A DNA stretch of 64,000 bases from Acidobacteriota bacterium. GTDB lineage: Bacteria > Acidobacteriota > CAIWXX01. Where the stretch lies: NCBI GenBank assembly GCA_040755995.1, contig JBFMAF010000038.1, positions 12,352 to 76,351 of the forward strand, read 5' to 3'. The notes under the pieces were generated by a model. The model did not search any database and was not told the DNA's origin. It saw nothing but the letters and a program-made list of their open reading frames with translations. This document shows, piece after piece, positions 19,548-28,452 of this stretch. Position numbers and translations under genes: made by a program. Position 1 is the stretch's first letter. The number at the start of each line of letters is the position of its first letter.

Positions 19548-21005
19548 TCATGATGACGACTCTTGAGTCTGTGCACTCGCGGGCTGCGGCGTCCATCCGC
19601 CACCAAGGGCCTTGTAAAGTTGGACCACTGACTGAAGCTGCGCCAGCTTCCCCTGCGCGAGGCCGATTTCCGCTGCGTAGAGCTGACGCTGGGCGTCGAG
19701 CACCTCCAGGTAGCTCGAAACGCCCCCTCGATAGCGCTTGTCAGTCAGGCGCAGATACGTCTGGCCGGCTTCAACCTGCCTCGTCTGCGCCTCGATCTGC
19801 GATTGCAGAGTCTGGTAGGTAACGAGCGAATCGGCCACTTCGGCAAGCGCGGTGAGCACCGTGCTGCGATAGCTCAGGGCCGCCTGCTCCATCTGCCACT
19901 TCGCAGCGCGCACGTTGTACCGCCCCGGCACGTCGAGCAACGGCCAGCCGACGCCCGGTCCCCACGAGAAGATGCCGTCAGTCTTCCCACGGAACAGGTC
20001 CGCCAGAACCGTGCTCATCGTGCCCGCGAATCCTGTCAGCGAAAGCAGCGGGAACGGGAAGGTCGAAGCCTTGGCTACTCCGACCCGAGCCGTCGCGGCG
20101 ATGAGATCCTGCTCGGCTTGCCTCACATCAGGACGCCTTTCGAGCAGCTGCGAAGGGAGCCCGGCAGGGATCACCGGCGGGAGCGGCATGCCCCGCGCCT
20201 CATCGGGAAGAGCAATTGCCTCGGGCGCACGCCCCCTCAACCCGCTCAACTCGTTTTCCACCTCCGCGATCTGGCGGATGATTGCCGGTAACTGCGCCTG
20301 CACCGAAGCGAGCTGCCCAAGCGCCTGCGCCTCTTCGGTACCGGAGGCGACTCCGCCACGACCGAGCTCGCGCACCAGATCCAACGACTTCTGGTCAGCC
20401 TGGATCGTTCGCTCGGTAATCACCTTCTGCTCGAGCAGAGACCGCAGCTGGAAATAGTCGGATGCCACCTGCGCGACGAGCGCCGAAACCGCTGCGCGCC
20501 GCGCCTCCTCGGTCGATAGCAGGTCGGCAAGCGCCGCCTGTGACGATCGTCGAATGCGCCCGAACAGATCGATTTCCCAAGATACCGTCAACCCGCCGGT
20601 GTAGGTGCTTCCCGACCCGGCCTTGTAAGACACGAGTCGGCCGGTGCCCGGATCGAGGGCCAGCCCCTCGGACGCCGGCCGGGCCGACGTGTCGAGCACC
20701 CCTTCGACCACGGGCGCAATGCCGGCCAGGGCAGCGCCGTGGCGTGCACGCGCCTCTTCGACCCGTGCAACGGCAATCCGCAAGTCGAGGTTGTTTGAAA
20801 GCGTCTCCTTGATGAGGCCGGTCAGAACCGGATCCTGGTAGAGCTCCCACCAGCCCATGTCGGCGAGCGACTTCGGTTCCGTCTGCGGCACCTCGCTGCG
20901 ATAAGCTTCGGGGGCGTTCGTTTCGGGCCGCCGGTACTTAGGCCCCACGGCACAGGCGGTTGAAAGAAGGAGGCACCCAATGACGGTTCTCGACGCCAGA
21001 CTCAT
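19548..21005 (-). CDS. RND efflux outer-membrane lipoprotein (NodT/OprM family)
   Basis: Lipobox STAC, WEIDLFGRIRR, LPSQLLERRPDVRQAE, LYKALGGGW. Confidence 0.95.
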   Translation of the reverse strand: MSLASRTVIGCLLLSTACAVGPKYRRPETNAPEAYRSEVPQTEPKSLADMGWWELYQDPVLTGLIKETLSNNLDLRIAVARVEEARARHGAALAGIAPVVEGVLDTSARPASEGLALDPGTGRLVSYKAGSGSTYTGGLTVSWEIDLFGRIRRSSQAALADLLSTEEARRAAVSALVAQVASDYFQLRSLLEQKVITERTIQADQKSLDLVRELGRGGVASGTEEAQALGQLASVQAQLPAIIRQIAEVENELSGLRGRAPEAIALPDEARGMPLPPVIPAGLPSQLLERRPDVRQAEQDLIAATARVGVAKASTFPFPLLSLTGFAGTMSTVLADLFRGKTDGIFSWGPGVGWPLLDVPGRYNVRAAKWQMEQAALSYRSTVLTALAEVADSLVTYQTLQSQIEAQTRQVEAGQTYLRLTDKRYRGGVSSYLEVLDAQRQLYAAEIGLAQGKLAQLQSVVQLYKALGGGWTPQPASAQTQESSS

Positions 21006-24000
21006 CGGAGATCGCCTCCTTTCCCGACATATTCGGGCGGGGAGGCCGGCACGCGCTGCCGTCCCACCCGTTCAGAGATCTTCGTGATGGCAGCGAACAG
21101 CACTGGGACGATGAAGATGGCCAAGCCGGTGGCTGCGACCATTCCGCCGAAGACGGACGTCCCGAGCGCGTGGCGGGCGCCCGCCCCGGCCCCGGCGGCA
21201 ATCACGAGCGGCACGACCCCGAGGATGAACGCAAGCGAGGTCATGAGGATCGGGCGCAGCCGGACCTTCGCGGCTTCGGCCGCGGCCTCCGGGATCGACA
21301 TCCCCTTCTCGCGATTCGCCTTCGCAAACTCGACAATCAGGATCGCGTTCTTGGCCGAGAGGCCGACGAGCAGGATCAGCCCTATTTGCGCATAGATGTT
21401 GTTCTGGAGCCCGCGCAGCAACTGGGCCGACATGGCGCCGAAGACCCCGAGGGGCACGGCAAGAAGCACGGCGAACGGCACGGACCAGCTTTCGTACAGC
21501 GCCGCCAGGAAGAGGAAGACGAATACCAACGCGAGCCCGAAGACGACGGGCGCCTGCCCGGCCGACTCCTTCTCCTGCCGGCTCATCCCGGCCCACTCGT
21601 AACCATAGGTCGCAGGCAGGACTTCGGCTGCGAGCTGCTCCATGGCCTTCATCGCATCCCCGGAGCTGAACCCGAGTGAGGGGCGGAAGCCGATCTGCGC
21701 GGTCCGGTACACGTTGTACCGCTCGATATTGGGCGGGCCGCTGGTCGGCTGCGGCCGCAGGAGCGTCGTCAGCGGCACCATGTTCCCGCGTTCACTACGT
21801 ACGTAGAAGAAACCCAGCGCGCTGATGTCGCCGCGAAACTGCGGCTCGGCCTGCATGATCACCTTGTAGGTCCGCCCGAATCGGGTAAAGTCGTTGATCT
21901 GGTATCCGCCGAGGAGGCTCTGGAGCGACATGAAGATGTCGGTCACCTGGACCCCGAGCTTCTTGGCCTTTTCGCGGTCGACTTCGAGCTGATACGAGGG
22001 CGTCCGGTTGCTGAACACGCTGTAGACTTGCGACAGCTCCGGCCGCTTCCCGGCTTCGGCGACGAGCCGCCCAGCGACATTTTCCAGCTCTGCAGGCGAG
22101 CCGCCTCCGCGGTCCTGCACCATGAACTGAAATCCCGTACCGCTGAATCCAGGAATTGGAGGCGGCGGGAACACGATAGCCACGGCGTCAGAGATCGAGC
22201 TCGCGGCGGCCATGATTCGTTGGATGATGACTCCGACCTGTTCTTCGTCGGCCTTGCGGTCATCCCACGGTTTCATCGCAACGACAAACAGCCCCGTGTT
22301 GGGTTTGTTCGTCCCGCTGAGCATGTCGTATCCTATGATGTCCAGCGTTCCCTGGACGCCGGCGATCCCCGGCAGCAATTTGTCCAGCTGGTCGAAGGCG
22401 GCAATCGTTCGGTCCAGCGCAGCCGCATCGGGCAGGGTGAGACAGCCGAACAGGTATCCCTGGTCCTCTTCCGGAACGAATCCCGTCGGCACAGCCTTCG
22501 TGATCGGCACGGTGGCGAATGAGAGGATGACGAGTGCGAGGAGCATTACGGCGGCGCGCCGGAGCGCGGCGCGCACGGCTCGGCCATAGCGTTCGGTGAT
22601 TCGATCGAACCACGCGTTGAAGCCCCCGAAGAGCTTCGACCTGAGCCCCCGCCTGGAGGTGTCGTGGGGTCTCATCATGAGGGCGCAGAGGGCCGGGGTG
22701 AGCGAGAGGGCGATGGTCGCCGAGAGCGCCGTCGAGACGGCGACCGTGACCGCGAACTGCTTGTACAGCTGCCCCGCGATCCCTCCGAGGAACGCGACAG
22801 GGACGAAGACCGAGCACAGGACCAGGGCGATCGCGACGACCGGCCCGGAGACATCGTCCATCGCCTTCCTGGTGGCCTCGCGCGCGTTCAGCCCGTACTC
22901 GCGCATATGGTGCTCGACCGCCTCCACCACGACGATCGCATCGTCGACGACGATGCCGATCGCGAGCACCATGGCCAGCAGGGTCAGTGTATTTATGGAA
23001 AAGCCGAGTAGTATGAAGGACGCAAATGTGCCGACGAGGGCCACCGGGACGGCCAGCATGGGGATCAGTGTCGCGCGCCACGTCTGCAGAAAGAGGAAGA
23101 CGACGATGAACACAAGAAGCAGCGCCTCGAAGAAGGTCTTGACGACTTCGGCCAGCGACGTTTTGACGAACACGGTGTTGTCGATGAACACGCTGTACTC
23201 GACGTCCGGGGGGAAGCGGGGCGCCAGGCGCTTGAGCTCCGCCCTCACCAGGTCCGACGTCTCGACGGCGCTCGCATCCGGCGTCAGGTTGACGGCGAGC
23301 ACGGCCGCCGGCTTGCCGTTCATCCTCCCGATGAAGGAGTAGCCCTGCGCCGCGAGCTCCACGCGGGCGATGTCTCTGATCCGCACGAACGATCCATCCG
23401 GCTGCGACCGCACGATGATGTTCTGGAATTCCTCGGGTTCGACCAATCGCCCCTGGACACGCAACGTGTACTGGAAGGCCTGCCCCTTCGGGGCCGGATA
23501 CTGCCCAATCTGGCCCGCGGGGGCCTGCACGTTCTGCTCGGAGACCGCGTGGACGACGTCGGTCGGAGTGAGCCCCAGGCGGGCCATCTTGTCGGGGTGT
23601 AGCCAGATGCGCATCCCGAAGTCGGACCCGAATGCCTGAACGTTGCCGACGCCCTTGACCCGCTTGATCACGTCGACGATGTTGATCGTGCCGTAGTTGT
23701 TGAGCCAGAGGTCGTCGTAGGTGCCCTTTGGGGAATAGAGCGAGATGTACATCAGCGTGTCAGGGGACTGTTTCGTGACGACGACACCGGCGCTCTTGAC
23801 TTCGGAGGGCAGCGAGCCCTCGGCCTGGGACACGCGATTCTGGACGAGCACCGTCGCGATGTCGGGGTCCGTCTCCAAGGCGAACGTGACCTGCAGCGCG
23901 TACGAGCCGTCGCCTCCGCACTGCGAGTCCATGTATATCATCCCTTCCACACCGTTCACCTGCTGCTCGATCGGTTGCGCCACGGCCTCCTCGACCACGT

Positions 24001-24163
24001 CCGGGCTAGCGCCGAGATAGATCGACGAGACGTTTATGACGGGCAACGTGATGTGGGGATACTGGGCCACAGGGAGATTGACGAGCGAGATCACGCCCGC
24101 AATGGTGATGATCAGAGCGACGACGATGGCGAACACCGGCCGGTCGATGAAGAACCTCGCCAT
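21002..24163 (-). CDS. HAE1-family RND efflux permease
   Basis: MARFFIDRPVFA, AIGIVVDDAIVVVE, KNAILIVEFA, RLRPILMTS. Confidence 0.97.
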   Translation of the reverse strand: MARFFIDRPVFAIVVALIITIAGVISLVNLPVAQYPHITLPVINVSSIYLGASPDVVEEAVAQPIEQQVNGVEGMIYMDSQCGGDGSYALQVTFALETDPDIATVLVQNRVSQAEGSLPSEVKSAGVVVTKQSPDTLMYISLYSPKGTYDDLWLNNYGTINIVDVIKRVKGVGNVQAFGSDFGMRIWLHPDKMARLGLTPTDVVHAVSEQNVQAPAGQIGQYPAPKGQAFQYTLRVQGRLVEPEEFQNIIVRSQPDGSFVRIRDIARVELAAQGYSFIGRMNGKPAAVLAVNLTPDASAVETSDLVRAELKRLAPRFPPDVEYSVFIDNTVFVKTSLAEVVKTFFEALLLVFIVVFLFLQTWRATLIPMLAVPVALVGTFASFILLGFSINTLTLLAMVLAIGIVVDDAIVVVEAVEHHMREYGLNAREATRKAMDDVSGPVVAIALVLCSVFVPVAFLGGIAGQLYKQFAVTVAVSTALSATIALSLTPALCALMMRPHDTSRRGLRSKLFGGFNAWFDRITERYGRAVRAALRRAAVMLLALVILSFATVPITKAVPTGFVPEEDQGYLFGCLTLPDAAALDRTIAAFDQLDKLLPGIAGVQGTLDIIGYDMLSGTNKPNTGLFVVAMKPWDDRKADEEQVGVIIQRIMAAASSISDAVAIVFPPPPIPGFSGTGFQFMVQDRGGGSPAELENVAGRLVAEAGKRPELSQVYSVFSNRTPSYQLEVDREKAKKLGVQVTDIFMSLQSLLGGYQINDFTRFGRTYKVIMQAEPQFRGDISALGFFYVRSERGNMVPLTTLLRPQPTSGPPNIERYNVYRTAQIGFRPSLGFSSGDAMKAMEQLAAEVLPATYGYEWAGMSRQEKESAGQAPVVFGLALVFVFLFLAALYESWSVPFAVLLAVPLGVFGAMSAQLLRGLQNNIYAQIGLILLVGLSAKNAILIVEFAKANREKGMSIPEAAAEAAKVRLRPILMTSLAFILGVVPLVIAAGAGAGARHALGTSVFGGMVAATGLAIFIVPVLFAAITKISERVGRQRVPASPPEYVGKGGDLR

Positions 24164-24172
24164 AGCGCGCTC

Positions 24173-25348
24173 CTATGTCCCCGCGAGATCCGACTCGGTC
24201 ACGGTTGTTATCTTCAGCCTGGTGCCAGGTTGGGCCTTCAACTGGCCCTCGACGACGACCCGCTCACCGGGCTTGAGCCCTTCCAGTACGACCCACAAGT
24301 TGTCGATGCGAGGCCCGACGCGGACCGGGCGCATCTCGGCAACGTCGCCTTCTGCAACTACGGTCACGAAGTACTTGCCGAGCACCTGCGAGACGGCCTC
24401 TTGCGGGACGAGCAGAGCGTCAGGCAGAGTCGTGTACGTCACGCGCACCCTGGCGAACATGCCGGGACGGAGCACGAGATCCGGGTTCGAGAACTGGGCC
24501 CTGAACATCAGCGTTCCCGTGTCCTCAGAGATCGCGCGATCGGCGAAATCGATCTTCCCCTCATACGGGAATGGCGATCCGTCGACGAGGAACAGATGCG
24601 TGCGTGCCCGGCTGGCCGCCTCGTCCAGCGCCTTCGTCCCCTCCCGCTTCCATCGCTCCACGATGTCCAGGTAGTCTGTTTCGCTGATTGCGAAGTAGAC
24701 ATAGGCCGGGTCGTTCTGCGAGACCTTCGCCAGCACAGTCTGGCCGGCGGTTGCCAACCCGCCTTCCTCGATCATCTGCAGGCCGACCTGCCCGTTGACC
24801 GGAGACCGAATCAAAGAGTCGTCCAGATTGAGCTCGGCCTGGCGCACCGATGCCTGCCGCGCCTCTACCTCGGCTTTCGCCTGTTCGAGTGTAGCGATGG
24901 CGTTGTCGAGCGTCTCCTTCGGAATGGCGTTCTCGGCCTGCAGAGGGCGATAGCGATCGACATCCTGCTGGGCCTTGATCAGTCCCGCCTGGGACTGCGC
25001 GAGCAGCGCCTTGGCGTCGTCGAGCGCCGCAGCGTAAGGGCGCGGATCGATTTCGAAGAGAACCTCGTTCATCTGCACGACGGCCCCCGGCTGGAACGCC
25101 CTGCGCTTCAGGATCCCGCTCACTTTGGAACGCAGCTCCACTTCAAGATACGCGGCGACCTGGCCTACAAACTCGGCGTGGATCGGCGTCGTACGCTGGA
25201 TGACGGCCATTGCCTTGACCTCCGGGGCCTGTGGTGGCGCCGCCGCCTTCTGGCAACTGATCCCGCTCACCGCGGCGGCGAGAGAAGCGGCCAGCACGCA
25301 GAATGTGGGTCGGCAGAGTTTACGTTCCAGGCTCTCGATGGATTTCAT
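24173..25348 (-). CDS. RND efflux periplasmic adaptor (MFP)
   Basis: Lipoprotein signal, LFEIDPRPY, IRSPVNG, LRPGMFARV, GLKPGERVVVEG. Confidence 0.95.
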   Translation of the reverse strand: MKSIESLERKLCRPTFCVLAASLAAAVSGISCQKAAAPPQAPEVKAMAVIQRTTPIHAEFVGQVAAYLEVELRSKVSGILKRRAFQPGAVVQMNEVLFEIDPRPYAAALDDAKALLAQSQAGLIKAQQDVDRYRPLQAENAIPKETLDNAIATLEQAKAEVEARQASVRQAELNLDDSLIRSPVNGQVGLQMIEEGGLATAGQTVLAKVSQNDPAYVYFAISETDYLDIVERWKREGTKALDEAASRARTHLFLVDGSPFPYEGKIDFADRAISEDTGTLMFRAQFSNPDLVLRPGMFARVRVTYTTLPDALLVPQEAVSQVLGKYFVTVVAEGDVAEMRPVRVGPRIDNLWVVLEGLKPGERVVVEGQLKAQPGTRLKITTVTESDLAGT

Positions 25349-26025
25349 GGTGAACCCCTCCTCTTGAGGCTCTTGACCTCGGGCGGTTCATGCTCCAATA
25401 TGTTCCTCGACTCCTTGGTCTCCGTGATGCGCGATGGCATGATGGCGAATGTCACCGTGAAGGGGACTGTCTTTCGGCTCGACCCTTTCTGGTGCTTTTC
25501 GAAGAGTCTCATGCAGCGCTTCTGGAGATCGCGCTTGAATTCGACTGCCGCGGACGGCGGCAGATGCACCACGTAACTTCCGGCAAGGAAAGGGAAGGCG
25601 AATCCCTCGGATCTCAGGGTCTCTACTCCTTCACGATGTCGTTCGTGGATCCAGGCAAGCGTGTACTGCAGGTAGAAGTTCACCTCGTTTGTCGGTTCGG
25701 CAAGGGCCGCCTGCCATTCATTCTGATCGGTGGCATAGAGCTTCTCGGTGATTCCGTTGGGGCCCGGGCGCGTGCCCTGGAGCTTGACGAGATGAACGGC
25801 GAGGAGCGTCTGCAGGTGATGGTGGACAGCGGCATTCGAGAGGAAGAGGCTCTTGCCGAGCTCCCGCTGCGTCATGGCATCGCTGCCTCGGAGGATTTCG
25901 ATTATCCGCACGCGGATGGGATGAAGGAGGGCCTGCCGTAGGGCCCTTCGTCGCCGGTCCTCGGCCGCCGCGCCCGTCCGATCGAGCGGCCGGACGTCAG
26001 CCGGGGTCAGAGTGATGTGACCCAT
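25345..26025 (-). CDS. ArsR-like winged-HTH transcriptional regulator
   Basis: ALLHPIRVRIIEIL...TQRELG...HHHLQTL...EKLY; first gene of the RND operon. Confidence 0.8.
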   Translation of the reverse strand: MGHITLTPADVRPLDRTGAAAEDRRRRALRQALLHPIRVRIIEILRGSDAMTQRELGKSLFLSNAAVHHHLQTLLAVHLVKLQGTRPGPNGITEKLYATDQNEWQAALAEPTNEVNFYLQYTLAWIHERHREGVETLRSEGFAFPFLAGSYVVHLPPSAAVEFKRDLQKRCMRLFEKHQKGSSRKTVPFTVTFAIMPSRITETKESRNILEHEPPEVKSLKRRGSP

Positions 26026-26050
26026 TGCATTCCTCCTCTGGCTCAGGGCG

Positions 26051-26062
26051 CTAATCGATTAG
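26051..26062. promoter_or_regulatory. palindrome CTAATCGATTAG upstream of the regulator, putative autoregulatory operator
   Basis: 12-bp palindrome about 25 bp before the regulator start codon. Confidence 0.55.
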
Positions 26063-26140
26063 GCCCTTACCATGGAGTGGCGAGATTCATTTCGTGTCGA
26101 AGCGGGCCGAGGAAACCGGCCCGCGCACTGCGGCAATGAG

Positions 26141-26689
26141 CTAAGCCGTCGTGTCCTTGCTCATTTCGGAAGCGACCTGTTGTCCTTCCTTGAACATCTT
26201 CGCGTAGTGTTCGCGGACAGCAGCCGGGTCGAAATTGAGGAACGTGCCTCCCGCCTCGAAGTGTTGAACGAACACCTTCCCGAGAGCATAGGTGCTGGCC
26301 GCGGCCATGACGGGCATCGTCAGCGAGCCAGCCAGGGGGCCCAGGATTGGAATGGCCTTCACGAGGCTGCCGAATGTCCCCCACGCGAGCGTGCTTGATC
26401 CGAAACCGCAGACGAGAGATCCGATGATGGACTTCCCGAGGTTGTCCTTGAATTCGAAACCGTAGAGGCGCGAAAGCGAATGGAGCAACTTTAGCTGAAC
26501 GCCGGTGATTGCGGCCACATCGACGAGTGGGGCCGGGATGATCCCAGCTACCAGTGACCCCACCATGAACTTGTTAACGATTCTCTGGGCCTGCAACTCC
26601 TTTGTTTCCATGGCGCTTGGGCCGGTTGGCGTCTCCTGCTTCTGTTCCTCCGGGGCTCCCTCCAGTGGTTTCGTGGCTTCTTTCCTCAT
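26141..26689 (-). CDS. DUF697/YcjF-like membrane protein, copy B
   Basis: Colinear 182-aa paralog of 18876-19424. Confidence 0.88.
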   Translation of the reverse strand: MRKEATKPLEGAPEEQKQETPTGPSAMETKELQAQRIVNKFMVGSLVAGIIPAPLVDVAAITGVQLKLLHSLSRLYGFEFKDNLGKSIIGSLVCGFGSSTLAWGTFGSLVKAIPILGPLAGSLTMPVMAAASTYALGKVFVQHFEAGGTFLNFDPAAVREHYAKMFKEGQQVASEMSKDTTA

Positions 26690-26792
26690 AGAGCTACCTC
26701 CAGTGGTTGAGGACAGCGAGATCTTCATAGTTTCGAGTCTAATCCCGGTGCATAAGGACTGTCAATCGTTTTCGTGGCGTTCCGACGCCTGC

Positions 26793-26969
26793 TCACCGTC
26801 GATCCTGCCCGCGCTCGAAGGAAGGCGGGCCGGCGGCGAGGAGGAGCAGGAGCCCGATGATCGGCGTGAGGAAAATTGAGGCAAAGAAATAACCCCAAAA
26901 TCCGAATCGCTTGTTCATGCCCAACACCGCAATGGCGATGCTCGCTATGAGATACATGAGATAGAACAT
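26793..26969 (-). CDS. 58-aa two-helix membrane protein (absent from the ORF track)
   Basis: MFYLMYLIASIAIAVLGMNKRFGFWGYFFASIFLTPIIGLLLLLAAGPPSFERGQDRR; starts just after the binding-protein stop; decayed paralog at 18626. Confidence 0.8.
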   Translation of the reverse strand: MFYLMYLIASIAIAVLGMNKRFGFWGYFFASIFLTPIIGLLLLLAAGPPSFERGQDRR

Positions 26970-26972
26970 GCT

Positions 26973-28223
26973 TCAATCCCCTTCGTCGGGCTGCGTTGAA
27001 TCGCGAAGGACGGCCGATTGAGTCTGGCTCTCGGGCTCCCAGGGCACTGTCCGGGTCTCGGAGCCGGGCACGATCTCGAAGTGCCCGCGTTTCACCACCT
27101 TGACGAAGATCTCCCGCCCGACGGGATCGCCATACGCGGTAAAGGACATGTCTTCGCCGACCCCATGGAAAGGGCCCTCGTGGTAGAGAGTCGTGGCCAC
27201 GACGAGCGGCATCGTGGAGTGAGTCCTCTCGACAGCCTGTGCATATACCGAAACGGCCTCGTACCCGAGAGACGCGGCCAGGTCCGGGTAGTGTCCGAAC
27301 CTCGTTCGGAATCGCCTGCTGAATCCCATTTCGAGGTCGCTGCCGCCCGCCGTCGGATCGAAGATCGTCGGAACGTATGTCCCATCCGCCGCTGCTCCGG
27401 CGAGCCGCCAGAGGTTGGGCGAATCAATTTCGTGGCCACCCATCAACGGCTGCGTGATTCCCATCTGGCGCGCCTGCTTGATGACCTTGGCGGCGAGGGG
27501 AAGGCTGTCCAGGACGAGCATGGCGTCCATGTCGGTGCTGCGCGCATCCGCCAGGAGCGGGCGGAAGTCCCGGCACTCGGAACCATAGGAGCTGACGAAC
27601 GAGGCCTTGATGCCTTCAGGATCCCCGAAGTAGAGGAACATGGCTGCGTAAAGGCCCTTGTAGCCGTCTCGATTGAACAGAATCCCCACCTTCTTGAACC
27701 CTGCACGGGCGGCGAACAGCGCGAGGCACCTGCAGGATTCCTGGGCAGGCGGGATCACTCTGAGCACGTGTTGGAACCTGTGTGATGTGAGGCTGGGATC
27801 GGAAGCAAAGGGAGCGATGAACAGAATTCCAAAGTACTCGTATGTCACGGACGCAGAGATCGCGGTCTCAGAGGCTACGTGCCCGATGACGGCCATGAAC
27901 CGGGGCGTCCTGCCGATCTTTTCGGCGACGTCTGCGGAGGTATCGGGGTTCTCCTCATTGAAGTAGGTCGGGACCAGCCGGCGCCCGCCGAAAATGCCCT
28001 TCACATTGACATCGTCTACGGCGAATTGAACCCCATCGAGAAAGTGAGTTTTGTCGGCGAACGGCCAGACGATCGCAATGTCGATCGGTCCGTCAGAGGT
28101 CTCTGCCCAATCGACGCGCATTTCCGCATAGCGCTGGTACAGATTGTTCTGGCCGTAGGAGTAGTAGCCGATGGCGGCGGCCACTGCGGCAAGGATCGCG
28201 AGCATCGGGGCCGTCCTTTTCAT
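26973..28223 (-). CDS. LivJ/branched-chain amino acid-type periplasmic binding protein, membrane-anchored
   Basis: GVQFAVDDVN..G..GRRL, AVIGH..S, YEYFGILFI, AASLGYEAV. Confidence 0.88.
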   Translation of the reverse strand: MKRTAPMLAILAAVAAAIGYYSYGQNNLYQRYAEMRVDWAETSDGPIDIAIVWPFADKTHFLDGVQFAVDDVNVKGIFGGRRLVPTYFNEENPDTSADVAEKIGRTPRFMAVIGHVASETAISASVTYEYFGILFIAPFASDPSLTSHRFQHVLRVIPPAQESCRCLALFAARAGFKKVGILFNRDGYKGLYAAMFLYFGDPEGIKASFVSSYGSECRDFRPLLADARSTDMDAMLVLDSLPLAAKVIKQARQMGITQPLMGGHEIDSPNLWRLAGAAADGTYVPTIFDPTAGGSDLEMGFSRRFRTRFGHYPDLAASLGYEAVSVYAQAVERTHSTMPLVVATTLYHEGPFHGVGEDMSFTAYGDPVGREIFVKVVKRGHFEIVPGSETRTVPWEPESQTQSAVLRDSTQPDEGD

Positions 28224-28227
28224 TCTC

Positions 28228-28271
28228 CGCGCTCCCGTCGCCTACTTCTCGCCGGAGAGGAGAACCGGCAA
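28228..28271 (-). repeat. 44-bp inverted repeat, copy 2 (orphan SPFH 3' end LPVLLSGEK*)
   Basis: Reverse complement of 18582-18625 with one mismatch. Confidence 0.9.
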
Positions 28272-28452
28272 GGCGTAGCACGCGAGATCATTTCGATTCA
28301 TTTCACCAGATGGCCACCCCGATGTCAAGAGGAACGGAGATTGATTCAGAGCGTCATTCGGATCAAGGGCTCCTGAGGATTGTGCCATCTCGAGCTCGAC
28401 CCGGGTGGTGTTCCCGTGATCGAGCCCGAGATCGGCTACCTGACGCCCCGTC

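Noticed and set aside
18582..28271. Composite transposon or IS ends
   Set aside because: The inverted repeat is a gene 3' end. No transposase or target-site duplication is evident.
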